In this document: positions 1 to 34,256 of the stretch, piece by piece
Numbering within the stretch: the first letter of the stretch is position 1
Layout: every line of letters begins with the position of its first letter
From: Chrysemys picta bellii
Taxonomy: Eukaryota
Direction of reading: 5' to 3'
Length of the DNA: 64,000 nt
Assembly (NCBI RefSeq): GCF_011386835.1
Contig: NC_088807.1
Span: 25,420,001 to 25,484,000, forward strand
Translations under genes and position numbers: made by a program
The notes under the pieces: generated by a model
What the model was told of the DNA's origin: nothing
Database searches by the model: none
What the model saw: only the letters and a program-made list of their open reading frames with translations

Positions 1-122
1 CAGAGCGGGGAGAGAACCCAGGAGTCCTGGCTCTCAGTCCCCCCCCCATTCTAACCACTAGCACCCACTGCCGGGGCTGGGACCCAGGCGTCCGGCTCCT
101 GACAGATTCCTGTGCATTGCAG

Positions 123-3100
123 AGTGCCGGCAGTCCCAGGAGCGGTGGGAGAGCGGCACCAAGGCTGACCCCAACCTGGCCATCCCCCTGCTCCTGCAGA
201 ACCGCGTCCCTGACGGGTACGAGGACAGCGACCGGGTGGACGTGAGCCTGCGGCAGAATCGGTAAGAGGGTCCCCCGACAGCCTCCCATCCGTCCCTGGA
301 GTCCCACCCCCTGTGGCAGGGGCCCCTTTGGTCCTGTGGCAGGTAGTTCCGCGGGTTAACATCGCTCCTGCCCTTCTCCTCCTGCAGTCGACGGAGGCAG
401 ATTACGAGGTGGTGCCTGTGGAGGCCTACGGCGTTGCCATGCTGAGGGGCATGGGCTGGAAGGCGGGCGAGGGCATCGGACGCACCTTCAAGCAGTGAGT
501 GACCCCGGGGGGGCGGGCATAGATCGGGGGGGGTTGTGGGGTCAGATCTGGTGGAGGCAGGAGGTGGAGGGGTCATATGGGGGGGCAGGGAGAGTTTGGG
601 TGAGGTTATAAACCAATGGGGGGATCATAGGTCATTATGGGGCGGTGATAGATGGGTGCAGGTCAAAGGTCAGTTCGGGGGGGTGTCCCTGAATATCCCT
701 TCCCCCCCTATTTAGGGATGTGAAGCCCCTGGAGCACCAGCTGCGCCCCAGGGGGCTGGGCCTGGGAGCCGACCGCTCGGCCATCCAGGACCTGCAGCCG
801 GCCCGCCCCCCACGGCCCCCCAAGCCGGGCGAAGAGCGCCAGGGGGGCGAGGAGGAGCCACTGGGGCTGGTGGCCGGGGGCGCCGTGCTGATCATGGCTG
901 GGCCCCACAAAGACCTCTATGGGAAGGTGAGTTTCCCCTGTTCCCGGCCTCCCCGAGTCAGCCACTCCCCGCCCTGGGGCTGATGGGAGCCGGCGCCCCC
1001 CAGAGGGGACAGGCCCCTGCCCCACTCCCCACCCCCCTGAGCCAGCCAGTCCCTGCCCTGGGGCCGGATGGGAGCCGGCGCCCCCCAGAGGGGTCAGGCC
1101 CCTGCCCCACTCCCCACCCCCCTGAGCCAGCCACTCCCCACCCTGGGGCTGGATGGGAGCCGGCGCCCCCCAGAGGGGACAGGCCCCTGCCCCACTCCCC
1201 ACCCCCCCTGAGCCAGCCACTCCCCGCCCTGGGGCCGATGGGAGCCAGCGCCCCCCAGAGGGGACAGGCCCCTGCCCCCACTCCCCACCCCCCCTGAGCC
1301 AGCCACTCCCCACCCTGGGGCTGGATGGGAGCCGGCGCCCCCCAGAGGGGACAGGCCCCTGCCCCACTCCCCACCCCCCTGAGCCAGCCAGTCCCTGCCC
1401 TGGGGCCGAATGGGAGCTGGCGCCCCCTAGAGGGGTCAGGCCCCTGCCCCACTCCCCACCCCCTGAGCCAGCCAGTCCCTGCCCTGGGGCCGATGGGAGC
1501 CAGCGCCCCCCAGAGGGGACAGGCCCCTGCCCCACTCCCCACCCCCCTGAGTCAGCCACTCCCCGCCCTGGGGCTGATGGGAGCCAGCGCCCCCCAGAGG
1601 GGACAGGCCCCTGCCCCACTCCCCCCCACCCCCCCTGAGCCAGCCACTCCCCGCCCTGGGGCTGGATGGGAGCTGGCGCCCCCCAGAGGGGACAGGCCCC
1701 TGCCCCACTCCCCACCCCCCTGAGCCAGCCAGTCCCTGCCCTGGGGCTGGATGGGAGCCGGCGCCCCCCAGAGGGGACAGGCCCCTGCCCCACTCCCCAC
1801 CCTGGGGCCGATGGGAGCCGGCGCCCCCCAGAGGGGACAGGCCCCTGCCCCACTCCCCACCCCCCTGAGCCAGCCACTCCCCACCCTGGGGCCGATGGGA
1901 GCTGGCGCCCCCCAGAGGGGACAGGCCCCTGCCCCATTCCCCACCCCCCTGAGCCAGCCAGTCCCTGCCCTGGGGCCGAATGGGAGCTGGCGCCCCCTAG
2001 AGGGGTCAGGCCTCGATCCCCCAGTCTCATCTATTTCTCTCCCGGCCCCCAGATCGAAGGTGTAGACCCCGATAACGCCCGGGTGATGGTGAAATTGGCC
2101 ATCGGGGATAAGATCGTCACCATCAGCCAGCACAGCCTGCGACCTGTGACCCGGAAGGAGTATGAGAAACTAGCCAAGGATCTGAGTGAGTCACATGACT
2201 TCCCTCGGTACCCCCGCCTCACCCTAGCCCCCCCCCGCCATCCTCACCCCCGTCTGTCTCCCCAATCCCCTTCTCAGGCCGCTTAAGCAAAGCCCACAAG
2301 GAAAAAGAAGAGAAGCAGAGAAATGGACCCACCGACACCCCGGACGCCAGGGTCCCCCGAGAGAAGGGGGAAGAGAAGGACAGAAAGAGGAAACAGCCAG
2401 CAGACTCGGAGAGGTAGAGAACTAGGATGGCTCGCCTGGCGCTGAGAGGCGGCCACCTCTGGGGTGGGGCAGTTGGGGAACAGCCGCATATAACGCCGCA
2501 CGGGGATGGCTCGCCCATGCTGAGATGCAGCCATGTCTGGGGTGGGGCAGCTGGTGAACAGCCACACATAACGCCGCACGGGGATGGCTCGCCCGGGGCT
2601 GAGATGCAGCCACCTCTAGGGCACGTGACAGCTGGTGCTGCTGTTGAGGGCAGGAAGTGCGGCTGATTCTTGTCTCTGGTTCAAACCCCAGAGGAATTTT
2701 TAGAAAGGCAAAATGGACTCCCCCAATCTGTAGTGCAGCCCGGATGCCAGGGTTCCTGCCCTGAGGCCGGGGCAGCTCGATAAAACACATTCCTCACAGC
2801 GTGGCGCCCCCTAGCGCCAGGACTGCCCCTGACTGCCCGTTCTCCCGCAGCGACACCCGCGCCGGGAAGCCGACTAAAGGCAGCAGCAGCAGCAGCTCCT
2901 CGTCCTCCCGCTCCCCCCACTGGCTGCGGCGAGATCTGCGGGTTCGCTTCGTGGACAAGCTCTACAAGGGGGGAAAATACTATAATACCAAGGTACCTCC
3001 CCCCACCCCCCGGGGCTGGATGGGAACCAGCATCCCATTCCCCATCCCCCCGAGCCAGCCAGTCCCCGCCCTGGGGCCGGGTGGGAGCCGGCGCCCCCTA

Positions 3101-4577
3101 GAGGGGACAGGTCCCTGCCCCATTCCCGGCGCCCCCTAGAGGGGACAGGTCCCTGCCCCATTCCCGGCGCCCCCTAGAGGGGACAGGTCCCTGCCCCATT
3201 CCCCACCCCTCCGAGCCAGCCAGTGCCTGCCCTGGGCCCAGGTGGGACCGGCGCCCACTAGAGGGGATAGGCCCCATGCCCCATTCCACCACCCCCCCTC
3301 TCTCTCTCCCTAGATGCTGATTGAGGACGTGCTGAGCCCAGATACGTGTGTCTGCCGGACGGAGGAGGGGCAGGTCTTGGATGGTAAGTTGCGGGGGGGG
3401 GCACCCCTTTGTCATACCCCAGCAGAAGGGGGTTGATTCCCTGGAGGAGGTTATGGGGGAGTATGTCCTGATATGGGGCATGTGACTCTGGGGAGAGGGT
3501 TGTGGGGGGCAGGATGACCCCAGATTATTGGGGATGCTAGAGGAGCCACTTTGTGTTTTGTGGGGTTGAGGGGGGGGCGAGGGATCTGTAGAGGGATCCA
3601 TGGGGCGGGTGACCTCGAGGGTGTATCTGGGGTGGGGGCACTTGCCAGGAGGGTCTGATGACCATGAGGTAAGGGGGTTTGTGTGGGAAGCGAGCTGACT
3701 ACAGTGGGGGTGGGGTGACCCCAGGTCATTGGGGAGCGGGGGTGTTGGAGCGGCCGGAGGGGCGTTTGTGGGGTGGGTTGTTGGGGGCCAGGGATCGTGT
3801 GGGGGGGACCCACTGTATGGCGCTGACCCATCTCCTCCCCAACCCCCCAGGCATCCGGGAGGCCATGCTGGAGACGGTCATCCCCAGGGGCACCGCGGAC
3901 TGGGTGCTGGTGGTGCTGGGGGAGCACGCTGGCAGGGTGAGCGACCCCCAAACCCCCTCCCTGGCAGGGACCGCAGGGGGTAATGGGGAGGCTGGGAGCT
4001 GCAGGAAGTGAGGGGGGAGGATCTGAAGGGGTGGGAGGAGGACACATGGGGGTGGGGAAGCCGAGGGGTTCTGGGGGGCTGGGGGAAGAACATATGGGGG
4101 GTTGGAGGGAGTGGGGGGAATCTGAAGGGGTGGGGGATGGATTCCGAGGACGCGCGGGAGCTGGGGGGAAGATACACAGGGGGTAGGGGGCAGGGTAGCT
4201 GGGGGTTAGTGCTGCGGGGGGGGGGGGGATCCAGGGGTAATGAGGGGGGATATAAGGGGGATCCTGGGTGAAGGGGATTATGCTGGAGAAGCTCCCTCAT
4301 CTGCCCCACAAGTTATCAGCTGAGCCCTCCCTCTTGCGGGAGTCTGTACGCAGCCACCCTTCTTCCCAGAATCCTTTGCAGACTGCCCCCCCCCTCGCAC
4401 GCAGAACTCACAAGAGCTTCCTGTCCCCCCTCCCCTCCCCAGGTGGGCCGGATCCTGCAGCGCGACCAGCAGCGGAGCCGGGCGCTGGTGCAACTGCAGC
4501 GCGATGAGGATGGGGACGTCCTGGCGCTGGACTACGACGCTGTCTGCCACTACGTGGGGGGCACCGAGGACGACTGA
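123..4577 (+). CDS. GPKOW: GPKOW (G-patch and KOW domain protein), copy A, exons 3-11; exons 1-2 would lie upstream of the window; 1-bp deletion in exon 3
   Basis: GT-AG exons 123-261, 388-494, 716-926, 2053-2185, 2278-2413, 2851-2992, 3314-3383, 3851-3936, 4443-4577 (TGA). G-patch motif [20 protein letters not shown] and KOW-region [13 protein letters not shown]. Exon 3 reads cggcagaatcg versus cggccagaatcg in copy B, a frameshift at about 253. AATAAA at 5632-5637. Confidence 0.93.
960..2010. repeat. 85-bp minisatellite, about 12 copies, GPKOW intron 5 (about 3 copies at 45755-45985)
   Basis: GGGAGCCGGCGCCCCCCAGAGGGGACAGG recurs at 985, 1070, 1155, 1240 and onward. Related units at 3040-3290 and 44280-44590. 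Confidence 0.95.
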
Positions 4578-6109
4578 GCCCCCTTCCCCCCTCCCCCCAT
4601 TCTGCTGGACTTGGGATGAGGGCACGTCCTCTCTGGGGAGTGGCAGGACGTGGATGGAGTCCGGCAGAGGGGGAACGTGGCCGCCATGGCTGGGACTGAG
4701 TTCTAGAACAACTTCTGTGGGTTCCAGAGTAGTGATTCAATGGGTTCTGGAGCAGGAGCAGCAAGATCTAGAACGTGACCAGGCATGGGCTCTAGAGTGA
4801 GGCTTCGACTAGAGTGAGCGTGAGTTCTAGAGTGAGATGAAAGCTGGGTTCAGGAGCAGAGACGATGAGTTTGGGGATGGTTTTTAAATGGGCTCTAGAG
4901 CCAGGCCAATGTGTTTTGGAGCACACGTGGTTTTGGGGTCTCAAGGAAGCCTCAGTGTAGGTTCTGGAGTGAGCTTTGATGTGGGACACAGAGTATGCAC
5001 AGTGGGTTCTAGAGCAAGGTTCTAGGGTGGGGTTCAAACTGGATCCAGTGACCCTGTAAAGTGGGTTCTGGAGCCTAATGGGCTCTAGAGCCAGCGTAGA
5101 TGTGGGCCTGGGAGCTAGAACCATGGGGTTTGAGAGCAAGGTTTACAGTGTGAACTGGAGGGAGGCCCCTGGGTCCTAGACCCAAACCAGACTGTTCTAG
5201 AGTGGTGGGGGGGGTGTTTACGGCAGAGATGGGAGTCGATTCTAGAACAGTGAGTGATTTCCAGCATGATGTCGCCTGTGAGCTCTGGAGCAAGTCAAGC
5301 TGCTTCTGGAGCGCCCAGGCTGGGTTCTAGAGCAACCCTGGCCCCTGCTGTGTGTGGGTGACCCCAGAACCCGTCATTTCTGGAGCAGTGTTCCAGAGAC
5401 AGCAGGATTAGGGGCAGGGATGAAAGGGGAGCCGCCCCTGCCCCTTTGGCTGTGGGAGATTGCGGGATAGGAGGGCGTCATGGGCAAGTACTGTCTGCGG
5501 AGGGGGGCTCAGCAGGAGACCTGGCAGGACCCGCCCCCCCCCCCCCCCCCGGCTTCCAAGATGGCTGCTGGGCCTGTGACAGTCCTTTGCTCACGGGCAC
5601 TTTGTAAAGCAAATGGTATCAAAAAAGTGTAAATAAACTGTGATAGTTCCCCCCCCCCCCGTTGTGTGTGTGGGTGAGGGTGGGGGGTGCTGTGGAAAGC
5701 TATAAAAGGACAAACAACCTATTCACCCCTTCCCAGAGCCAGGGAGAGAACCCAGGAGTCCGGGCTCCCAGCCCCCCTTGGTCTAACCCACCAGCCCCCA
5801 CTCCCCTCCCAGAGCCGGGAGAGAACCCAGGCGTCCTGGCTCCCAGCCCCCCCTGCTCTAACCGACCAGCCCCCCCTCCCCTCCCAGAGCCGGGGAGAGA
5901 ACCCAGGAGTCCTGGCTCCCCCTGACCCGTTCACCCCTTCCTCCCCTTTAAGGACTATGTTCAGTTTTTCCCTCCCTACCTTTGGTTTGGCCTCGCTCTT
6001 TCCCTTTAAGATCTCCCTGCACCCTCTCCTTTAAGAGCCCCCCCCTCCTGGGGATTAATAGCCCCAGATTATTAAAGAGTGTCTGCCTCCCCTTTAAGAG
6101 TGGCCTTGC

Positions 6110-6161
6110 CTCTGATTGGCCCGCCCCTGTGTAAGGGGGCGGAGCGTAGAGGGGCAGCAAG

Positions 6162-6170
<9 letters not shown>
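6110..6170 (+). promoter_or_regulatory. HSD17B10 core promoter motifs (copy A; mirrored at about 41040-41095)
   Basis: ATTGG 6115-6119, GC box CCCGCCCC 6120-6127, YY1-type CAAGATGGCGGC 6158-6169 overlapping the ATG. Confidence 0.6.
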
Positions 6171-8952
<2,782 letters not shown>

Positions 8953-9619
8953 GCCGCTGCCCCACGCCTGGGGGGGCGCTGATTTCCCCTGCCCCGGCCG
9001 CCCCTGGATGGGGGGTTGATTCCCCCCTTCTGGGGTTCTGCCGTCCTTGGACTCTAATCATGGACTCCTGCAGTGATTCGGCCCCCGCACAATGACGACT
9101 CCTGCCCCAGTCGGCATCTGGACCTTAATAAACGATTCTCGATGTGCTCTCGGGGTGCTGGGATTCTGTGCTAGCCCTGAGCCCCCACTCTCCTCCCAGA
9201 GCCGGGGAGAGAACCCAGGAGTCCTGGCACCCAGCCGCCTGCTGTAACCACTCAGCCCCCCTCGGGGCACTCTCCTGCAGTGGGGAGCTCCCAGTGCTAC
9301 CCGGCCCTACAGACCATGGGGGCAGCCTGCTGTGGGGCACAACAGTTTATTGGATGCCGTTGTGGCTGAAAGAACAGGGCCGAGTGTCAGATCCCCCCCA
9401 GCAAGGGGGGAGTGGGGGCGTCCTGGCCATAGGAGGGGAGACCCTCGGGCGTGTCATTGTGGGGCAGGGGGCGGGTACTGGGTGTGTCCAGGCGGGGCGG
9501 GGGGGTGGGAATTGGGTGTGTGCTGGTGGGGTGAGGGTAATGATTGGGGCAGGGGGTGGGGATTGGGTGTGTCCTGGGGGGGCAGGGATTGGGTGGGGCA
9601 GGGGTAGTGATAAGGGTGG

Positions 9620-10110
9620 GGATTGGGCGTGTCCCGGCATGGCAGGGGGCGGGGATTGGGCGGGGCAGGGGTAGTGATGGGACATGTCCCGGCAGGGCAG
9701 GGGGCGGGGATGGGGCGTGTCCCGGCAGGGCAGGGGGCGGGGATTGGGTGGGGCAGGGGTAGTGATGGGGGTGGGGATGGGGCGTGTCCTGGCAGGGCAG
9801 GGGGCGGGGATTGGGCGGGGCATGTCCCGGCAGGGCAGGGGCGGGGCATGTCCCGGCAGGGCAGGGGGTGGGGAGTGGGCGTGTGCTGGTGGGGTGAGGG
9901 TAGTGATTGGGGCAGAGGGTGGGGATTGGGCGTGTCCTGGCGGGGCAGGGGGCGGGGATTGGGCAGGGCAGGTGTAGTGATGGGGGTGGGGATAGGGCAT
10001 GTCCCGGCAGGGCAGGGGGCGGGGATTGGGCGGGGCAGGGGTAGTGATGGGGGTGGGGATGGGGCGTGTCCCGGCAGGGCAGGGGGCGGGGATGGGGCGT
10101 GTCCCGGCAG
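9620..10110. repeat. G-rich minisatellite in RIBC1 3' UTR (much shorter at about 37690-37800)
   Basis: Repeating GTCCCGGCAGGGCAGGGGGCGGGGAT(T)GGG. Confidence 0.9.
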
Positions 10111-10160
10111 GGCGGGGGGCGGTCCATGGGGGTTTCGGAGTCGGTGCCCCGGGGCTGGGC

Positions 10161-13100
10161 CTAGCGGCTGCTGGTATTGAACTGCAGGTGGTACTGGGCG
10201 CTGGGCGGATTGGTGTACACCTCCCTCTGCAGGTACTGCTGCCTGCAAGACAAAGGGCGGGGCTTAGCGGCCAGCCGGACTCACCTGGCCCCACCCCTTC
10301 TGTATCCTCTACCTCCCAGCCCCGCCCCCATAAAGCCCCAGCCCTGCCCAACCTCACCCCCTCCTGCTTCCGCACCTTCCTTCCTGCACCCACACCGGCC
10401 CTGCTCCTCACAGCTCCCCACCCCCGGGGGGCACTCACTGTGCCCTCTGCTCCTGCGCCAGCTGCTGGTTGTAGGCATCCAGGCCTTTCCTCAGCTGCAG
10501 CCGGGCCAGGCGCTCCTCCTCCTCCAGCACCATGGCCGCACGGGCTGCCCGCTGCCGCTGCGCCTGCCACTCAGCCTCCCGCTGCCGCTCTGCCTCCCGC
10601 AGCCTCTGGGGGGGCAAAGCGCGGGGCAGGTGACGGGGGGAGGGAATCGGGCCCTGGGCTGCGCGTCCCCTGCCCCCCGCTGCCGGAATCCCTCCCTTCC
10701 CTTCCTCCGGAGACCTGGTTCTCCTGCCGCTGCTCCTCCTGCGCCTTCCACACGGCCTCCACTTGCGTGGGGCTCATGCCCTTCCAGCGGTCGGTGAGGA
10801 TCCGGTGAGGGCCCAGCGGGCTCTCGGCCACGGCTGGGTCCTCTGTCAGCAGCTGCCCCGTCAGGTGGTTGTGGATCTCGGCTTGATTGTCGTCCTGTTC
10901 CCGCTGACACGCCAGCCGGTGCTGCTCCGCCGTCTCTGCCGCCTGCGGGGCGAGGGGAGACCTGGCACTGAGCCCCAGGCGGGGGGACTTGCCCTGACGG
11001 CCCACCCGGGCAAGGGAGCAGGTGAGACCTGGTCACCCACAATCCCCTGGGGCAGAGGAGCCAGCCCTATTGTCCAACCCATGCCAAGGTCTGCCAGCTC
11101 CACGGCCCCCACCCCCAGCTCCCTGTTGGTGGCTACGCGGTTACCTGGGCCCGGTTGTAGTCGGCCGTGGCGAGGTCCTTGGCGCGGCGGCACTCCTCCT
11201 CCAGCTGGGCCAGCTGCTGTGCCCGTAGATCCAGCTCCGCTCGCTTCTTATCCTCCAGCGTGTCTGTCAGGACAGCGCACGGCGCCCTGAGTGGCTTTCC
11301 TCTGGGAACCCAGGAGTCCTGGCTCCCCCCGATCTAACACACGAGACCCCACTCCCCTCCCAGAGAACCCAGGAGTCCTTCCTCCCCCCGATCTAACACA
11401 CGAGACCCCACTCCTCTCCCAGAGAACCCAGGAGTCCTTCCTCCCCCCACTCTAACCCGCACTAGACCCCACTCCCCTCCCAGAGAACCCAGGAGTCCTT
11501 CCGCCCCCCGATCTAACACACAAGACCCCACTGCCCTCCCAGAGAACCCAGGAGTCCTTCCTCCCCCCGATCTAACACACGAGACCCCACCGCCCTCCCA
11601 GAGAACCCAGGAGTCCTTCCTCCCCCTGATCTAACACACGAGACCCCACCGCCCTCCCAGAGAACCCAGGAGTCCTTCCTCCCCCTGATCTAACACACGA
11701 GACCCCACCGCCCTCCCAGAGAACCCAGGAGTCCTTCCTCCCCCTGATCTAACACACGAGACCCCACAGCCCTCCCAGAGAACCCAGGAGTCCTTCCTCC
11801 CCCCGATCTAACACACGAGACCCCACTCCCCTCCCAGAGAACCCAGGAGTCCTTCCTCCCCCGGATCTAACACACGAGACCCCACTCCTCTCCCAGAGAA
11901 CCCAGGAGTCCTTCCTCTCCCTGATCTAACACACGAGACCCCACTGCCCTCCCAGAGAACCCAGGAGTCCTTCCTCCCCCCCCGATCTAACACATGAGAC
12001 CCCACTCCCCTCCCAGAGAACCCAGGAGTCCTGGCTCCCAGCTCCCCCCACTCTAACCTGCACTAGTCCCCACTCCCCTCCTAGAGAACCCAGGAGTCCT
12101 GGCTCCCAGCTCTCCTCACTCTAACCCGCACTAGACCCCATTCCCTTCCCAGAGAACCCAGGAGTCCTGGCTCCCCGCTTTTTCCGCACTAACCACGAGC
12201 CCCCACTCCTCTCCCAGGCTGGCGAAGAGAAGGAACCCAGGAGTCCTGCCTCCCAGGAGTCCTGCCTCCCAGCCCCCCCCCCCGCTCTAAATCAAGAGAC
12301 TCCAGAACCCTGGGGTCCTGGATCCCAGCCTCCCCACTCCCCCCGCTCTAACCACTAGACCTGTGCCCACGCTCTCACCTGCATACTTGGCGTTGGCCAG
12401 GGCCTGCTGCCGGTCGGCACGCTGGTCCTCTAGGCTGCGGCACTGCTGCTCCTGCTGCAGCCGACGGCGGGTGGGCAGCGCCAGGTCCTCGCCGGCGAAG
12501 CGCTGCAGGCTGGCGGGACCGCACCGGGGGTCATAGTCGCTGACCCGGGCCGGCTGGTCCTGGCGCAGCCCCTCGGGGTTGTACAGGTCCCACTCCCGCC
12601 GGGTGGGGGGTGGCTGCTCCCGCTCCCGGAACTCCTGCACGGCCTGGTGGAGGCGCCGCACCCGCTGACGTTCCTCCTCCTCCAGCATCTGCGCCACCCG
12701 GTCGCACAGCACCCGCTCGGCGTCTGTGGGGAGAGAGGGTCAGATCCCCTGTTCCCCCACCAGCCAGCGCTCCTGCCTAGCTCCCCACAGTGCCCCTTCC
12801 TGGAGAGGCCAGGAGCTCCTCCCAGCAGCCAGTCGTCCTGACCCAACCCCTACGGCGCCCCCTGCTGGAGAGGCCAGGGCTGGAGTAGCGGGGATCTCCC
12901 TCCACAGCCAGCCCTCATCTTGGTCAGAGATAGAGGACCGCCGTTGTCCTGCCATCTCACTGGCCTGGCCCCCTGTTGCTTTCTGATGCTGGGGTTCAGG
13001 GCACCTCCCCCAGAGATCAAAGGGGTGGACAAGGCAGGGCTGGCCAGAGCTCTCACCATAGGACTCATCCCGGCGTTTCTCTGTTTCCTCTCTCAGCTTC

Positions 13101-13812
13101 CGCTCCTCCACTTGACTCCTCAGGGCTTCCACGTCCACCTGGCAGGGTGGAGGGGGGAAAGAAGGGCAGGGGAGAGCTACTGAGGAGGCAAAAATCCTCC
13201 CAGAGTTGGGGAAAGAAACCAGGAGTCCTGACTCTCCCCCCACCCAATCACTAGACCCCACTCCCCTCCCAGAGCCGGGGAGAGAACCCAGGAGTCCTGG
13301 CTCCCAGTCCCTGCTCTAACCACCAGCCCCCACTCCCCTCCTAGTGCCGGGGACAGAACCCAGGCCTGCAATCAAAACCATTCACTCCAGTCTGGTGTCT
13401 GCTAGGTGGCCTCTGAGTGAAATTAGGAGCTGGGTCTCGACTTGTTCCACAGCAGATGGTGCCCAACTTTGTCAAGGCTCCCTGATAACTGGACGGGTGC
13501 AGCCAAGCCCTGAGCAGGTGATGGGCACCGAATGCCCCTTGGAGGGTGGCACATGGGAGCTGTGTACGTGAGAGCCCTCCCCGCAGGTCAGCCGTTGCTC
13601 CTGCTCCAGGCTCCGGTTAGGGGTAGGGCTCAGAGTCAGCACCTCTCCCAGCTTTGCGCCCCCTGGAGGACGCAGCGGGTCCCTGCGGGGCTCACCCCCA
13701 TGGTGCGGTGGCGTGCGTTGAAGATGCGGCTCAGCCGCTGCTTCTCTCGCTCCCTCCGCGCCTCGAGGGCAGCCGCCTCCTTGCTCTCCAGCGGTAGGTC
13801 CACTTTGTGCAT
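10161..13812 (-). CDS. RIBC1: RIBC1 (RIB43A domain with coiled-coils 1), copy A, 7 coding exons, 379 aa, intact
   Basis: Exons 13812-13696, 13138-13057, 12723-12379, 11263-11145, 10942-10715, 10605-10439, 10242-10161 total 1140 nt. Motifs [25 protein letters not shown] and C-terminal QFNTSSR. Minus-strand AATAAA at 9346-9351. Confidence 0.94.
11325..12010. repeat. 59-bp minisatellite, about 12 copies, RIBC1 intron (about 8 copies at 36040-36490)
   Basis: GATCTAACACACGAGACCCCAC..CCCAGAGAACCCAGGAGTCCTTCCTCCCC at 59-bp spacing. Confidence 0.95.
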
Positions 13813-14280
13813 CTTGGCGCCTATGTGGGAGGAAGGAAAGTTAGAACCCAGGAGTCCTGGCTCCCAGCCCTCCCCCCCCCCCACTAGCTCCCACTCCTCT
13901 CCCAGAGTTGGTGAGAGAACCCAGGAGTCCGGGCTCCCCATGGAGGGGAGCAGGGCATTGTTTCCTGTGGAGCTGTGAAAGATCGGGGGGGGGGGGACCT
14001 TTCCGCGCCGGCAGGAGAGGGGTTAAATCTGGGGTCCCCGCACCCACCCTGTTAACCTTTGACCCTCCTCCCATTAATAGCTGACACCCTCGCTGTACCC
14101 TTTAACCCTTGACCCCCTCACCCTGACCTTTGACCCCTCTCCCTGCACCATGTAACCCCCTGACCCCCTTGCACTGACCTTCGACCTCTGACCCCTCACC
14201 CTGCCCTTTGACCTCTGACCCCTCACCCTGCCCTTTGACCTCGGTCCCTGGCCCTTCACCCCCCGACTGCCGGGCCCCCA

Positions 14281-20729
<6,449 letters not shown>

Positions 20730-21229
20730 NNNNNNNNNNNNNNNNNNNNNNNNNNNNNNNNNNNNNNNNNNNNNNNNNNNNNNNNNNNNNNNNNNNNNNN
20801 NNNNNNNNNNNNNNNNNNNNNNNNNNNNNNNNNNNNNNNNNNNNNNNNNNNNNNNNNNNNNNNNNNNNNNNNNNNNNNNNNNNNNNNNNNNNNNNNNNNN
20901 NNNNNNNNNNNNNNNNNNNNNNNNNNNNNNNNNNNNNNNNNNNNNNNNNNNNNNNNNNNNNNNNNNNNNNNNNNNNNNNNNNNNNNNNNNNNNNNNNNNN
21001 NNNNNNNNNNNNNNNNNNNNNNNNNNNNNNNNNNNNNNNNNNNNNNNNNNNNNNNNNNNNNNNNNNNNNNNNNNNNNNNNNNNNNNNNNNNNNNNNNNNN
21101 NNNNNNNNNNNNNNNNNNNNNNNNNNNNNNNNNNNNNNNNNNNNNNNNNNNNNNNNNNNNNNNNNNNNNNNNNNNNNNNNNNNNNNNNNNNNNNNNNNNN
21201 NNNNNNNNNNNNNNNNNNNNNNNNNNNNN
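20730..21229. other. Assembly gap, 500 N
   Basis: Run of N of round placeholder length, at the tip of the inverted duplication. Confidence 0.99.
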
Positions 21230-21362
21230 GATCACCATGCCAGGCCACCGGGTGGCGTATAACCCCCACAATGCACTGCAGCAGGGAACAGGCCAAAGCA
21301 ATGACACAATGCAAGGACTATGTCCCCCACAATGCACCGCTTCCAGGGCACGGTGCAGACTA

Positions 21363-33780
<12,418 letters not shown>

Positions 33781-34256
33781 GTGAGTGGGGGCCCGGCAGT
33801 CAGGGGGTGAAGGGCCAGGGACCGAGGTCAAAGGGCAGGGTGAGGGGTCAGAGGTCAAAGGGCAGTACGAAGGGGTCAGGGTCGAAGGTCAGTGCAAGGG
33901 GGTCAGGGGGTTACATGGTGCAGGGAGAGGGGTCAAAGGTCAGGGTGAGGGGGTCAAGGGTTAAAGGGTACAGCGAGGGTGTCAGCTATTAATGGGAGGG
34001 GGGTCAAAGGTTAACAGGGTGGGTGCGGGGACCCCAGATTTAACCCCTCTCCTGCCAGCGTGGAAAGGTCCCCCCCCCCCCCGATCTTTCACAGCTCCAC
34101 AGGAAACAATGCCCTGCTCCCCTCCATGGGGAGCCCGGACTCCTGGGTTCTCTCACCAATTCTGGGAGAGGAGTGGGAGCTACTGGGGGGGGGGGAGAGG
34201 GCTGGGAGCCAGGACTCCTGGGTTCTAACTTTCCTTCCTCCCACATAGGCGCCAAG

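Noticed and set aside
708-2030. 440-aa ORF and overlapping Gly/Pro-rich ORFs
   Set aside because: Translations of the 85-bp intronic minisatellite; open because the GC-rich unit lacks stop codons.
4690-5400. Functional heat-shock elements in TCTAGA patches
   Set aside because: Only two-unit TTCnnGAA cores were seen; no clear three-unit HSE.
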